Source: Octopus bimaculoides
Taxonomy: Eukaryota
Assembly (NCBI RefSeq): GCF_001194135.2
Contig: NC_068982.1
Span: 175,994,317 to 176,027,503 of the forward strand
Direction of reading: 5' to 3'
DNA: 33,187 nt
A model generated the notes under the pieces. It searched no databases. It had not been told where the DNA came from and saw only the letters and a list, made by a program, of their open reading frames with translations. Shown piece by piece: positions 1 through 9,312 of this stretch. Position numbers and translations under genes: made by a program. Each line of letters begins with the position of its first letter. The first letter of the stretch is position 1.

Positions 1-330
1 GTCTTCTACTATAGCCTCGGGCCGACCAAAGCCTTGTGAGTGGATTTGGTAGACGGAAACTGAAAGAAGCCTGTCGTATGTATGTATATATATATGTATG
101 TGTGTATGTGTTTGTGTGTCTGTCTTTGTCCCCCCAACATCGCTTGACAACCGATGCTGGTGTGTTTATGTCCCCGTAACTTAGCGGTTCGGCAAAAGAG
201 ACCGATAGAATAAGTACTAGGCTTCTAAAGAATAAGTCCTGGGGTCGATTTGCTCGACTAAAAGGTGGTGCTCCAGCATGGCCACAGTCAAAAGACTGAA
301 ACAAGTAAAATAGTAAAAAAAATAGTAAAA
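1..330 (+). mobile_element. SINE family A copy, 5' end cut by the window edge
   Basis: Shares the blocks GTCTTCTACTATAGCCTCGGGCCGACCAAAGCCTTGTGAGTGGATTTGGTAGACGGAAACTGAAAGAAGCC and GGTGCTCCAGCATGGCC...GAAACAAGTAAAA with copies at 2298, 10741, 18471 and 20464; internal (TATG/TG)n; A-rich tail. Confidence 0.9.
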
Positions 331-332
331 TA

Positions 333-622
333 GCAATTGCAGCTTCGAAGATATTTGTTAGTCATTCAAGGAAAAAATACCGTTAGATACACTTCAACAT
401 TTAATTTTCAAAAACAATTGCAGCGTGGAAGAATTTGCGTCAAAATAGTTTCGTCGCTCTGAAACCGCGACCTGTTCACTGACTAAACTTCGTGCTGCAT
501 GTTGAACTGGATCTAACGTTTTTTTGTGTGTTCTTAAATGGCTTATTATCATCTTCCATGCTGCAATAGTTTTTGTTTCAGCACACGATCTCAGATCAAA
601 TCACTTGCTATGCGAGTACGTC
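333..622. repeat. Fold-back repeat, Penelope pseudo-LTR-like family, copy 1
   Basis: 333-398 is an imperfect inverted repeat of 501-574 (ATTGCAGC...CGTTAGATACACTTCAAC versus GTTGAACTGGATCTAACG...GCTGCAAT). 381-500 is a direct homolog of about 1994-2086. It carries the hammerhead-like motif. The pLTR assignment is inference. Confidence 0.65.
439..483 (-). ncRNA. Minimal type I hammerhead ribozyme-like motif, copy 1 (variant core)
   Basis: Minus strand: GUCA (stem I)-GUGAACA-G-GUCGC ggUUUcaga GCGAC (stem II)-GAAA-CUAU-U-U|UGAC (stem I'). Predicted scissile bond between 443 and 442. The stem III palindrome is broken (CUAU). Confidence 0.5.
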
Positions 623-662
623 TCCGTAATATGATTTTCATTTGTGTCAGAATTTTCATTGC

Positions 663-1715
663 TCGACCGGTATCACAGACGAACTTTATCCAGGACAGAC
701 ACCAGAAGACAGACCAGATTTAACTTAGAGAGCATTTAATATGAAACTTAGGGATCTCTTGCATGGTGTTTTGGAGAAGAATGTTTTGGGGGAGGTTGCA
801 GTGTACATGAGGACTATAGAGTTTCAAAAGCGTAAACTACTCCATTGTCATATGTTGTTCATATTAAAAAAAATTGTTTATGCAGAACTTCCTAATCCAC
901 AAACACAACCAATTCTGTTTCAACATGTCACCAAAAGCATGCTACATGGTCCATGTGGAAGAGATAAACCTAATGCAACATGTACTGTTGATGGGAAATG
1001 TAAAAAAACACTTCCCTAAAGACTTTCAGGAAAATACATTGCAGAATTATAATGGCTATCCACTTTGCCAACGTCGAAATAATGGTTTTACATTTACAAA
1101 ATCTAATGTTGAATTAGATAAACGTTCAGTAGTACCGTATTCCCTCTTCTTTTTAGTTAAATATGGAGATCATTGTAATGTAGAGGTATGTGCATCTGTA
1201 AAATCAGTTAAATATATTAGCAAATACCATAAAAATAATGATCGGGTGGCAGTCAATATTAGTGGAGAAACCAATGCACAACAAACACACAAAGATGAAA
1301 TTGAAAATTTTATCTCCGGCCGCTATGTATACTCATCAGAGTAGTGTGGAGGATTTTAGGGTTTAAATTACTTGGTTCATATCCTGCAGTCCGACAGCTT
1401 ACAATATATTTACCCCAACAGCAATACATTTACTTGAATGACGATGATGATATTGAACATGTTATCCACACACATGACAGTTCCACTCTCACTGAATGGA
1501 TGTGAGTTAACCGGGAATCACCAGCTAACTCATTTGCACGTGCATTACACTATACTGATTTCCCTGAATTTTATACATGGAATAATAGTGGGAAAAGGTG
1601 GCATCTCAGAAAAAATAACGCACACTCACCAAAGGAACAAGAGCGATTCTATCTGAGAGCTTTATTTTTTCATATTCCCGGACCTACATGATTTAAAGAT
1701 ATGAGGACTATTGAT
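663..1715 (+). mobile_element. Helitron Rep (HUH endonuclease) coding fragment, decayed
   Basis: ELYPGQTPEDRPDL (from 681, in frame with ORF 741); IEFQKRKLLHCHML (HUH motif); MLHGPCG; GYPLCQRR; HCNVEVCASVKSVKYISKY (two-Tyr motif); DEIENFISGRYV; then WRILGF, LHYTDFPEFYTW and ERFYLRALFFHIPGPT*FKDMRT. Several frameshifts and stops; no helicase in the window. Confidence 0.93.
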
Positions 1716-1906
1716 AAGCACATGACGACCATGAATACTATCAGACTGTGGAGTTGCAAATATTTCAGCTACTCCATATCAGATGCGAAGGCTTTTCTGC
1801 TCCTTTCTTAATTACTTCATTCTGTAAGTATACTTATGTATATATATTACACAAATATATGATAAAATGTAAAATACGGTATCTTTAAGATAGCGTGTTC
1901 GTATTA

Positions 1907-1938
<32 letters not shown>

Positions 1939-1942
<4 letters not shown>

Positions 1943-2086
1943 AATTGCAGCGTAGAAGGTGTTTATAAGCCATTTAAAATAAGACACAAAAGCCGTCAGA
2001 TTCACTTCAACATTTAAATTTAATTTGTCAAAATATTTTCGTCGCTATGAGACCGCGACCTGTTCACTGATAAAATTGTGCTGCAT
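1939..2086. repeat. Penelope pseudo-LTR-like repeat, copy 2 (runs toward an N-gap)
   Basis: AAACAATTGCAGCGTAGAAGG...TTCACTTCAACATTT...TCGTCGCTATGAGACCGCGACCTGTTCACTGA is homologous to 333-500 and to the reverse complement of 501-574. Confidence 0.75.
2024..2074 (-). ncRNA. Minimal type I hammerhead ribozyme-like motif, copy 2 (variant core)
   Basis: Minus strand: UUUAUCA (stem I, 6/7 pairs with UGACAAA)-GUGAACA-G-GUCGC ggucucaua GCGAC-GAAA-AUAU-U-U|UGACAAA. Stem III lies in the palindrome AAAAUAUUUU. Predicted cleavage between 2031 and 2030. Confidence 0.6.
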
Positions 2087-2093
2087 ATATATG

Positions 2094-2257
2094 NNNNNNN
2101 NNNNNNNNNNNNNNNNNNNNNNNNNNNNNNNNNNNNNNNNNNNNNNNNNNNNNNNNNNNNNNNNNNNNNNNNNNNNNNNNNNNNNNNNNNNNNNNNNNNN
2201 NNNNNNNNNNNNNNNNNNNNNNNNNNNNNNNNNNNNNNNNNNNNNNNNNNNNNNNNN
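2094..2257. other. Assembly gap
   Basis: Run of N flanked by (TA)n. Two 10-N gaps also occur at 20889-20898 and 25320-25329. Confidence 1.
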
Positions 2258-2297
2258 ATATATATATATATATATATATAAATATACGTGTATATAT

Positions 2298-2685
2298 GAA
2301 TGGCTGTGTGGTAAGAAACTTGTATCCCAACCTCATGGTCCCGGTTTCAGTCCCACTGCGTTGCACCTTGGGTAAGTGTCTTCCGTTATAGCTTCGGGCC
2401 AACCACACCCTTGTGATTGGATTTGGTAGACAGAAATTGAAAGAAGCCTGTCGTATATCTATATATGTGTATGTATTTGTGTGTCTGTGTTTGTTCCCCT
2501 ATCATCGCTTGACAACCGACGTTGGTGTGTTTACTTCCCGTAATTTAGCGGTTCGGAAAAAGAAGCCGAGAGAATAAGTACTAGGCTTCCAAAGAATAAG
2601 CCTTAGGGTCGATTTGTTCGACCAAAGGCGGTGCTCCAGCATATCCGCAGCCAAATAACTGAAACAAGTAAAAGAATAAAGAATA
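2298..2685 (+). mobile_element. SINE family A, near full length
   Basis: tRNA-like head with A box TGGCTGTGTGG and B-box-like GGTTTCAGTCCC, then CACCTTGGGTAAGTG, body as in the other copies, tail GAAACAAGTAAAAGAATAAAGAATA. Confidence 0.9.
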
Positions 2686-2722
2686 TACATATGTACGTAT
2701 ATATATGTATATATAATATATA

Positions 2723-2780
<58 letters not shown>

Positions 2781-2796
2781 TATATACATACATGCA

Positions 2797-3180
2797 TATA
2801 TGGGTTCAGGACGTCACCAACGGTGCAAATAACATACACACGAGAGATAAGTACGAGACGTGGGCAATAGTTACAGGACAAAATGAGTAAAATACGTAAA
2901 CAATCGAGGGAAAAACCAGTGAGATACGTAAATAACGAGAAAACAAAAGTGGAAAACAGAAGAAGTTAACACAGAAAAGGGATCCTTCATCAGTTGTTCT
3001 TTTTCTGCGTTAACCTGTCCTGTTTTACATTTTTTTTTCGTTGTTTACGCATTTCACTCCTTTTTCCCTCGTTTATTTACGTATCTCTCTCGTTTTTGTC
3101 TTGTAACTACTGTCCACGTCTCGTATCCATCTGTCGTGTGTATGTTATTTGCACCGTTGGTGACGTCCTGTACCCATATA
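2797..3180. repeat. About 385-bp imperfect palindrome (fold-back element)
   Basis: TATATGGGTTCAGGACGTCACCAACGGTGCAAATAACATACACACG at the left end is the near-exact reverse complement of the right end. The arms run inward to a loop at about 2979-2999. The ORF track shows the same peptide on both strands. Confidence 0.9.
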
Positions 3181-4205
3181 ATTAGACCCCACTCTAACTA
3201 CTACGCCCAGTTCTTTGGGTAACGGCTCTCCCAAATTCCATACACGGGTGTTTTTTTTCTGAAGCCATCGACTTGCAAATGGACCATTAACGAAATCAAT
3301 CACACCAACCTCGAAGGCCTGAAGAGGCCATCAGTATAACACCTTCCTCCAGACAAAACCAACAAAAGAAATCTCAATCTAATTTAATATTGCCTACCTA
3401 TCTTTTCTCATCCTTTGAAGAAGAATCAGTCATTTCCTCAAAGCTGTAATTATTTCTTCTTTTATGGCGCAACAATATACCTTATATATTTTACCTTTTT
3501 GTTTCTGTACGTTTTATTTTATTGCTGTTGTTTGTTCATTCCCTGGGCTTTTTTTTTTTTTGAGTAATTTTTGCTTTTCTTGAATCTTAAGACGAGATAG
3601 GTAGACCGTCTAGAGTCATTCTGACGATTTCTCTATCTCAGACAAAAGAACAGTTGTTATCACCAAGCCATCTATAAAATTCAGGTACGTATCTTCTTCA
3701 TTATTGAATACTGTCTCAAGTCTACACAAATCTCTGATATCTCTTCCAAGATATCAGATCTGAAAATTACATTTCTGTGTCCACATTACGTTTGTGTATG
3801 TATCACTTATGAATTTGATTTCAAATTACTGGACATAGAGCCAGAGATGTGTACTAAAGGTTGCCACGCGCGGACACACACTACATTCACCGTACACTTC
3901 ATATACTGCAGCTAAATCTCATTTAAATTGCTTTCGTTTGATTAACTCTAATATTGATTTCCTTACATTTGGCACAGGGCCATAGATTTGTCGGAGAAAA
4001 ACGTAGGTACAATTGATTGGGTTGATTCACGTGCATATATTGGTATTTTTATTAAAACCTAGAAGTAAACAAGGGCAAGACGATACTAACAGGATTTGAA
4101 CTCAGACTAACAGGATTTGAACTCACGTGTGTGTCTGCCAATCTTCAATCATTACCTAACTTCGAACACGTATACCATTTCTGCTCCTTTGAAACCTGCT
4201 TTAAT

Positions 4206-4231
4206 TTCTCTCTCTTTCTCTCTCTCCTCTT

Positions 4232-4267
<36 letters not shown>

Positions 4268-4282
4268 CCTCTCTCTCTCTCT
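4206..4282. repeat. (CT)n microsatellite
   Basis: Read directly from the sequence. Confidence 0.95.
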
Positions 4283-4345
4283 ATCATGCTGCTCTTCCCA
4301 GTCTAAAAAGGCTACTAACTACATCCTTTTTCTTATTATCTTCTT

Positions 4346-4486
4346 GAAATTCCGACGTAGTCAACTTTGCATTTCATCCTTTCCGGGTTGATGAAATAAA
4401 TACCAGTTGAACACTACGGTAGCTCTAATCGACCAACCTCCCACCCTAAAAATTCAGACTCTGTGCCTATAGTAGAAGAGATTATC
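4346..4486 (+). mobile_element. SINE family C, degenerate, 5'-truncated
   Basis: TCAACTTTGCATTTCATCCTTTCCGGGTTGATGAAATAAATACCAGTTGA...TGTGCCTATAGTAGAAGAGATTAT matches the family C core and tail. Confidence 0.75.
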
Positions 4487-4544
4487 ATCTCCTTGGCTCA
4501 GGATTGATCTTATTCACTGTAGAATTTATGTGGTGGAAGGTTAT

Positions 4545-5200
4545 TACATGTAACCTTAGATATTCACAAGATTTCCATCATGCGCTCAACACCCTTCTGG
4601 TGATCTTCCCTGTTCTTAAGAGACAAATCTTCAAGAGAAACTCAACAAGACTATGTCATCCATTTGTCTGAATCATCACTGACAGTCTCTGATGCAAGAA
4701 TTATCTTAAGTACAATCTTCACAGATTTCATGTTCCAATTCCTGACAATCTCAAATTTCATACAGTTGTAGTTATTCGACTTTCATCTGTTTTTTTTCCA
4801 ATCTAGTATCAAATGGATATAATGGATCAATAAGCATTAAAATTCGATTTTCGTTGTCTATTACTGTAATACTTGCTTGCTATCCGTTTTAATGAGGAAG
4901 TCCCACAAAATTTTGCATGTTTCTGATTCAAGTACTCGTTCTTCCTGATGATTGAACCATGTATCTCTTGCTTCAAATACAAAGCTCCTAGTGTAAAATT
5001 GACAAAGCTTCTAGTGTAAAATTTTCATTACTTGACTATATCTCCATTTTTTATATTCTTCCTGGCCCAACTTTGGGCATGCTACAACAATGTCGCATCA
5101 TCCTCTGTTTTGTCTAATGTAACAGCAAGATTCTTACAGCATGTTGACAAATGGACATTTCCTTATAATACTCCATACCGCCGCCTGAATAAACCTTATG
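4545..5200 (-). mobile_element. Old RLE-type (R4/Dong-like) non-LTR retrotransposon 3' fragment
   Basis: Minus-strand translation across frameshifts: IVVACPKLGQEEYKK, duplicated LH*(K/E)LC (23-bp tandem duplication at 4981-5023), WFNHQEERVLESETCKILWDFLIKTD (WDF at 4897-4905), ITVIDNENRILMLID, YNCMKFEIVRNWNMKSVKIV. Collinear with the 12717-13319 LINE peptide. Confidence 0.8.
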
Positions 5201-5626
5201 CTCTTTAGCATGTATTTTCTTATCTTGTCACAACAATGTTTAAATTTACACAAACACATTGTGTGGGAGGGAGAAAAAGTGAATGAGATACTGCTTATGG
5301 GTGAATCAGTTCTTCGCTTAGATACGTTTTATACAAAATTTGTTACACTCTAGTTTTCCTTTTGTATCAAAAATGTCTCCTTTATTCTTTTTTTCTTATA
5401 TCTTACTATGAGTTCATTGCAGTTAGTTACATAAAATGACATTGCATAATCCATCCTTGAAATCCTTATTGTAGATAAGACTAGAGTTAAAAATGTTTTG
5501 GCCAAGGAGATGTCTAAGTGTATATGAATAGCCGTGTATATTTACACGCGCGCATGTATATCTGTATGTGCGTACATCTGTCTGTATATATCTATGTGCA
5601 CACGTAGGCGTGTGTATATACGTACA

Positions 5627-5658
<32 letters not shown>

Positions 5659-5668
5659 GCTTTTGCTT

Positions 5669-5821
5669 CGGTATTTTTACATTTTGAGTTCAAATCCTGC
5701 CCTAGTCAGCTTTGCCTTTTATTTTTACGGAGTTGTTAAAACAAAGTACCAGTTGCGTATTGGTGTCAATTTAAACGCCTCCCATAGAAAATGGTAGCCT
5801 TGTGTAAATTTTAGAAATAAT
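5669..5821 (+). mobile_element. SINE family C, degenerate
   Basis: TTTTGAGTTCAAATCCTGCCCTAGTCAGCTTTGCCTTTT...AAAGTACCAGTTG...GCCTTGTG resembles the family C consensus. Confidence 0.65.
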
Positions 5822-6042
5822 CTGGACGGTGGATTCTCAAAATCATTACAAATCACGCCAGGGTTAGTTTTTACCTTTCACCCATTAAAGGCAAAAAAAG
5901 AAAAAAACAAGGGGCACCAATCAAGCAGTGGAAGTGTTCTAACCGACTATACCCCTCTCTTCAAATTTCAGACCTCGTACCTTTATTAGAAACCAGTTAT
6001 GTGCTTCGTACAATTTTAATCGATTATTATCTCCACCTCAAG

Positions 6043-7178
6043 TACGAAGTGGTATCAAAAGTTTCCTGGACTACTAATATTTAATAAAAAAAAAAAAACT
6101 TATTTACCTAAGTTTTAACATCATCTCTTTCGAAATAGTCAGGAGGCGCAATGGCCAGTGGTTAGGGAGGCGGACTCGCGGTCATAGGATCGCGGTTTCG
6201 ATTCCCAGACCGGGCGTTGTGAGTGTTTATTGAGCGAAAACACCTAAAGCTCCAGAGGCTCCGACAGGGGATAGTGGCGAACCCTGTTGTACTCTTCCAC
6301 CACAAATTTCTCTCACTCTTACTTCCTGTTTCTGTTGTGCCTGTAATTCAAAGGGGTCAGCCTTGTCACACTGTGTCACGCTGAATATCCCCGAGAACTA
6401 CGTTAAGGGTACACGTGTCTGTGGAGTGCTCAGCTACTTGCGCATTAATTTCACGAGCAAGCTGTTCCGTTGATCGGATCAACTGGAACCCTCGACGTCG
6501 TAAGCGACGGAGTGCCTACAACAACAACGAAATAGTCACCTTGTGCAGCATTACACCGGTCCCAGCGTTCCTGACACTTTTAGCAAGTGCTAAACCTGGC
6601 GAATAGGTAGGGCTGGTGCGGAAGTGATGTCATGTTTTTGGCGAGCAACTCATGAATGAGGAGAGCTCGGTGACAAGATACATTGTCGTCGTGAAGAATT
6701 CAGTTATTCGTGCTCCACAGATCCAGTCACTTTCGCCGAATGTCTTCCCTCAAACGCTTCAAAACGTCGCAGTAGAACTCTCAATTGACAGTCTGGTTCT
6801 GTGGAACGAATTCTCGATCCACAATACCACATTTCCGGGGTTGACGCTCGCGCAGGTCTTCCAGATCGCTCATCGTCTTCCAGGGATATTCTATCGCTTT
6901 TGAAGCATCCGTGCCACTCGAAACATTGCGTCCGACCCAATTTTAAAGCAAAATTTTATGTTGGCTCTTTGTTCTTGTCCATAATAAAATCGCAAGCTAC
7001 AGCATACACGTGATCACAAAAACACAAATTTCACAACTTGCGATGTTAACACAGCAATGTCACTCGGCACGCTGCCTCATGAAGGTCACTGCTAGCTCTC
7101 GCTGCGCATGCAACCGTGTGCTGCCATCTATTGGCGCACTACAGAACTAGTCCGGGAACTTTTTGATACCACCTAGTA
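6043..7178 (-). mobile_element. Internally deleted mariner DNA transposon with both TIRs, interrupted by a SINE
   Basis: TIRs 6043-6073 and 7148-7178 match 26/31 including the terminal TA. Minus-strand transposase relics: GRTQCFEWHGCFKSDRISLEDDERSGRP (HTH), FYCDVLKRLREDIRRK, ILHDDNVSCH, YSPGLA (YSPDLAP-like) and C-terminal RWDRCNAAQGDYFE. Confidence 0.93.
6142..6527 (+). mobile_element. SINE family B, full length with TSD, nested in the mariner
   Basis: A box TGGCCAGTGG, B box GGTTTCGATTCCC, (AAC)n tail, and 11-bp TSD CGAAATAGTCA at 6131-6141 and 6528-6538. Near-identical to 17349-17731 and 31880-32209. Confidence 0.95.
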
Positions 7179-7680
7179 TGTAACCTTGTACCAATAGCAG
7201 ATATCAGAAATCAATACTGTTTAACGAGTTGGACGCTAGTAACAATAAACGGCCTAGTTAAATGCTTTACACTATAAGTGCTGGTGACTTGATCGATTTC
7301 ATTGACTGTAACCTTCTTCCTCTGAAATCTATATTTTCATGACTATGTCACAAAACATTATCATAAGTATCTCGGTAAAAAGTATGGTGAAACGTAAAAT
7401 CGACTGAACGACAAATGAAATAGATGTCATTGTAATATTCTACTTTCATGTTTCTAATATTTCATTTAAAATCCCTCGGTTGTCGACTTTGTTTTTCATA
7501 TGTCATTGTTGCTGCTTTTCTCACGTGAGCCTTGATTCACCAACCCTATGATCAAAAAGGGTTTTTTTGTTTGTTTGTTTTCAGGTTGTGAATAGATTGA
7601 CATTATAGCCACCGATACACATCAGTAAATGTCATGTACTGGGATCGACCCAAATGTAGATAAACAAAATTGTCGTCTCT

Positions 7681-7881
7681 TTCTTAGGCCAACACGTTTG
7701 AAGGGGTGGGGGAAGTCAATTACACCGGTCCCAGTGCTCAACTGGTAGTTATTTTATCGACCTCGAAAGGATGAAAGGCAAAGTCAACCTCGGTGGAATT
7801 TGAACTTAGAACGTAAAGACCGACGAAATGCTGCTAAAAATTTTGTTCGGCCTGCTAATGATTCTCCGAGTTAGCCACCTT
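7681..7881 (-). mobile_element. SINE family C
   Basis: TTTTATCGACCTCGAAAGGATGAAAGGCAAAGTCAACCTCGGTGGAATTTGAACTTAGAACG matches the other family C copies. Confidence 0.85.
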
Positions 7882-8148
7882 CGTTCCATATCAATAATGC
7901 AATGTATTATATTTTCGCCAGGTTCCGAGTTGTTTGACTGGGTTACACGTAGCGATCTGAAGTACTTTTGAAAACCAAATTCCGCTACTTGTGATATTTT
8001 GAGTTGCTTTTAAAATAAGCTGGGCTAAATCAGGTTACTATTGATAAAAATGTCAATTATGCATTTTAAAGTACAGAACCATGCCTGCACCATATATATC
8101 CCTTTTGAAGACACATTAAAATGATTACGTATAATTTATTTTTTCCAG

Positions 8149-8214
8149 ACTGGAAATTTAGTTAAAACTGAACTTGTGAATAACCGACCTCGAAACTCAA
8201 GTTCTGAACCTCAG
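8149..8214 (+). other. Candidate 66-nt internal exon (TGNLVKTELVNNRPRNSSSEPQ)
   Basis: Acceptor TTATTTTTTCCAG and donor CAG|GTATGA. Length is a multiple of 3 and only phase 0 is open. No homology recognised. Confidence 0.35.
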
Positions 8215-8315
8215 GTATGACCACGACTGATGCTCGCTTCTTTCGTATAATTCTGTCACTATTAGCATGACTCAGAATTTCAGAAGTTTAGATTACCTAA
8301 AATCATCACATTTCA

Positions 8316-9065
8316 GGTATACTGGCTAAAGGACATTCTGCGAAGTGATTAATTGAAAATAGAATAAGGACTTTTGTAAGGCTTGTGAAATTGAGACACG
8401 ACCTAAATGATGAAATTCAAATGTTGAGTCATTAAAACTTTAGACAAAATATATCGAAAATAAGTCATCAACAGATGACCATAAAATTTATTCCTCCAAA
8501 GAAGAAAGATACAGTTACAAAATTTAAAATTCGATAGTCTATATACGTTGCATATCATTCTTCTAGTCAGCTCATTGTACATTTGAGAGATCTTTTGGAA
8601 GTACAATGCCATCATCTTCTGGTACGAGCTTATTTAATTTGCAGTTCCACAGAACGAAGTGCAGTGCACTCGTCAATAAAGTCACAACACCAGCCCTGGT
8701 TACTGGTCTAGTTAGATTAATCAGTTGATATCGTGTGAAAAATATTAGTATGAGTATGTTCGGTATTATAAGGCTTGAATTTCATTTCATTTAGTAGGGT
8801 TAGATTCAATCACAATACTACCTCTTCAATTTCCCTACCTGAAGCCTTGTATCAATACCGTAAAGATAATTTTGGCAATATTGGAGTTGATTTGAGGCAG
8901 TACTTTGCAATTTGTACGTGGGGCATCAAATCTGTGTGCACCGCACTATTCATTTTGTTCTTTCATCAAAAAGTATATTTCTTATTCGATTCTTATCAAA
9001 TACAAATGTCATTTCCTGGATTTAGCCTGTTCACAGCATTTGACTTCATGATAAGAGAAAGCTAG
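8316..9065 (+). pseudogene. Decayed ORF, possible Peptidase_C76/herpes-tegument-deubiquitinase-like cysteine peptidase
   Basis: One frame is mostly open over 250 codons (9 stops, 5 of them clustered at about 8710-8772). It contains FERSFG/VQC (Cys codon 8607-8609, one-base offset), SLPEALY, and CTALFILFFHQKVYFLFDSY (FDSH-like, 8985-8996). The family assignment rests on motif recall only. Confidence 0.4.
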
Positions 9066-9312
9066 AGTTGCTTTCACGTATCTTCATTACGGAGAGATAC
9101 ATAGATAGATAAATAAATAAATAAATAGATAAGTAGAGAAAGAGAAATAGAAAGATTGATAGATAAAGATAGGGAGAGAGAGAAAGAGAGAGATGCATTG
9201 AGTTACAAATTGATAAATGATGGGGAATATCCCTTACAGCTGATACCTTTCAAAGAAACACGGTGGTTGGCAAGAAGCAATCGTGTAAAGCGTTTTTCTT
9301 TTTACTTTTTAG

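Noticed and set aside
1748-1790. Hairpin TGGAGTTGC-AAATATTT-CAGCTACTCCA with CTGA and GAAA on the minus strand
   Set aside because: It lacks a CUGANGA core and a credible stem II, so I do not call it a ribozyme.
2985-2993. CUGAUGA on the minus strand as a complete hammerhead
   Set aside because: No stem II and GAAA follow, so at most it is a truncated relic.
3642-3684. Possible 43-nt exon (TCTCAG / CAG|GTACGT)
   Set aside because: Two frames are open, it is not frame-preserving, and there is no homology; such signals arise by chance.
4560-4720. Apparent RT-like MDDIVLL motif on the minus strand
   Set aside because: A different frame aligns collinearly with the RLE endonuclease C-terminus, so the DD motif is incidental.
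6142-6210. tRNA-like sequences at SINE heads (also 10640-10714, 12613-12680, 20464-20530)
   Set aside because: They have A and B boxes but no complete cloverleaf, and they continue into SINE bodies with tails and TSDs.
6415-6606. Recurring peptide SVECSAT...INWNPRRRKRRS and its antisense versions (also 17396-17708, 31439-32349)
   Set aside because: They are reading frames within SINE family B copies; the recurrence reflects the repeat, not a gene family.
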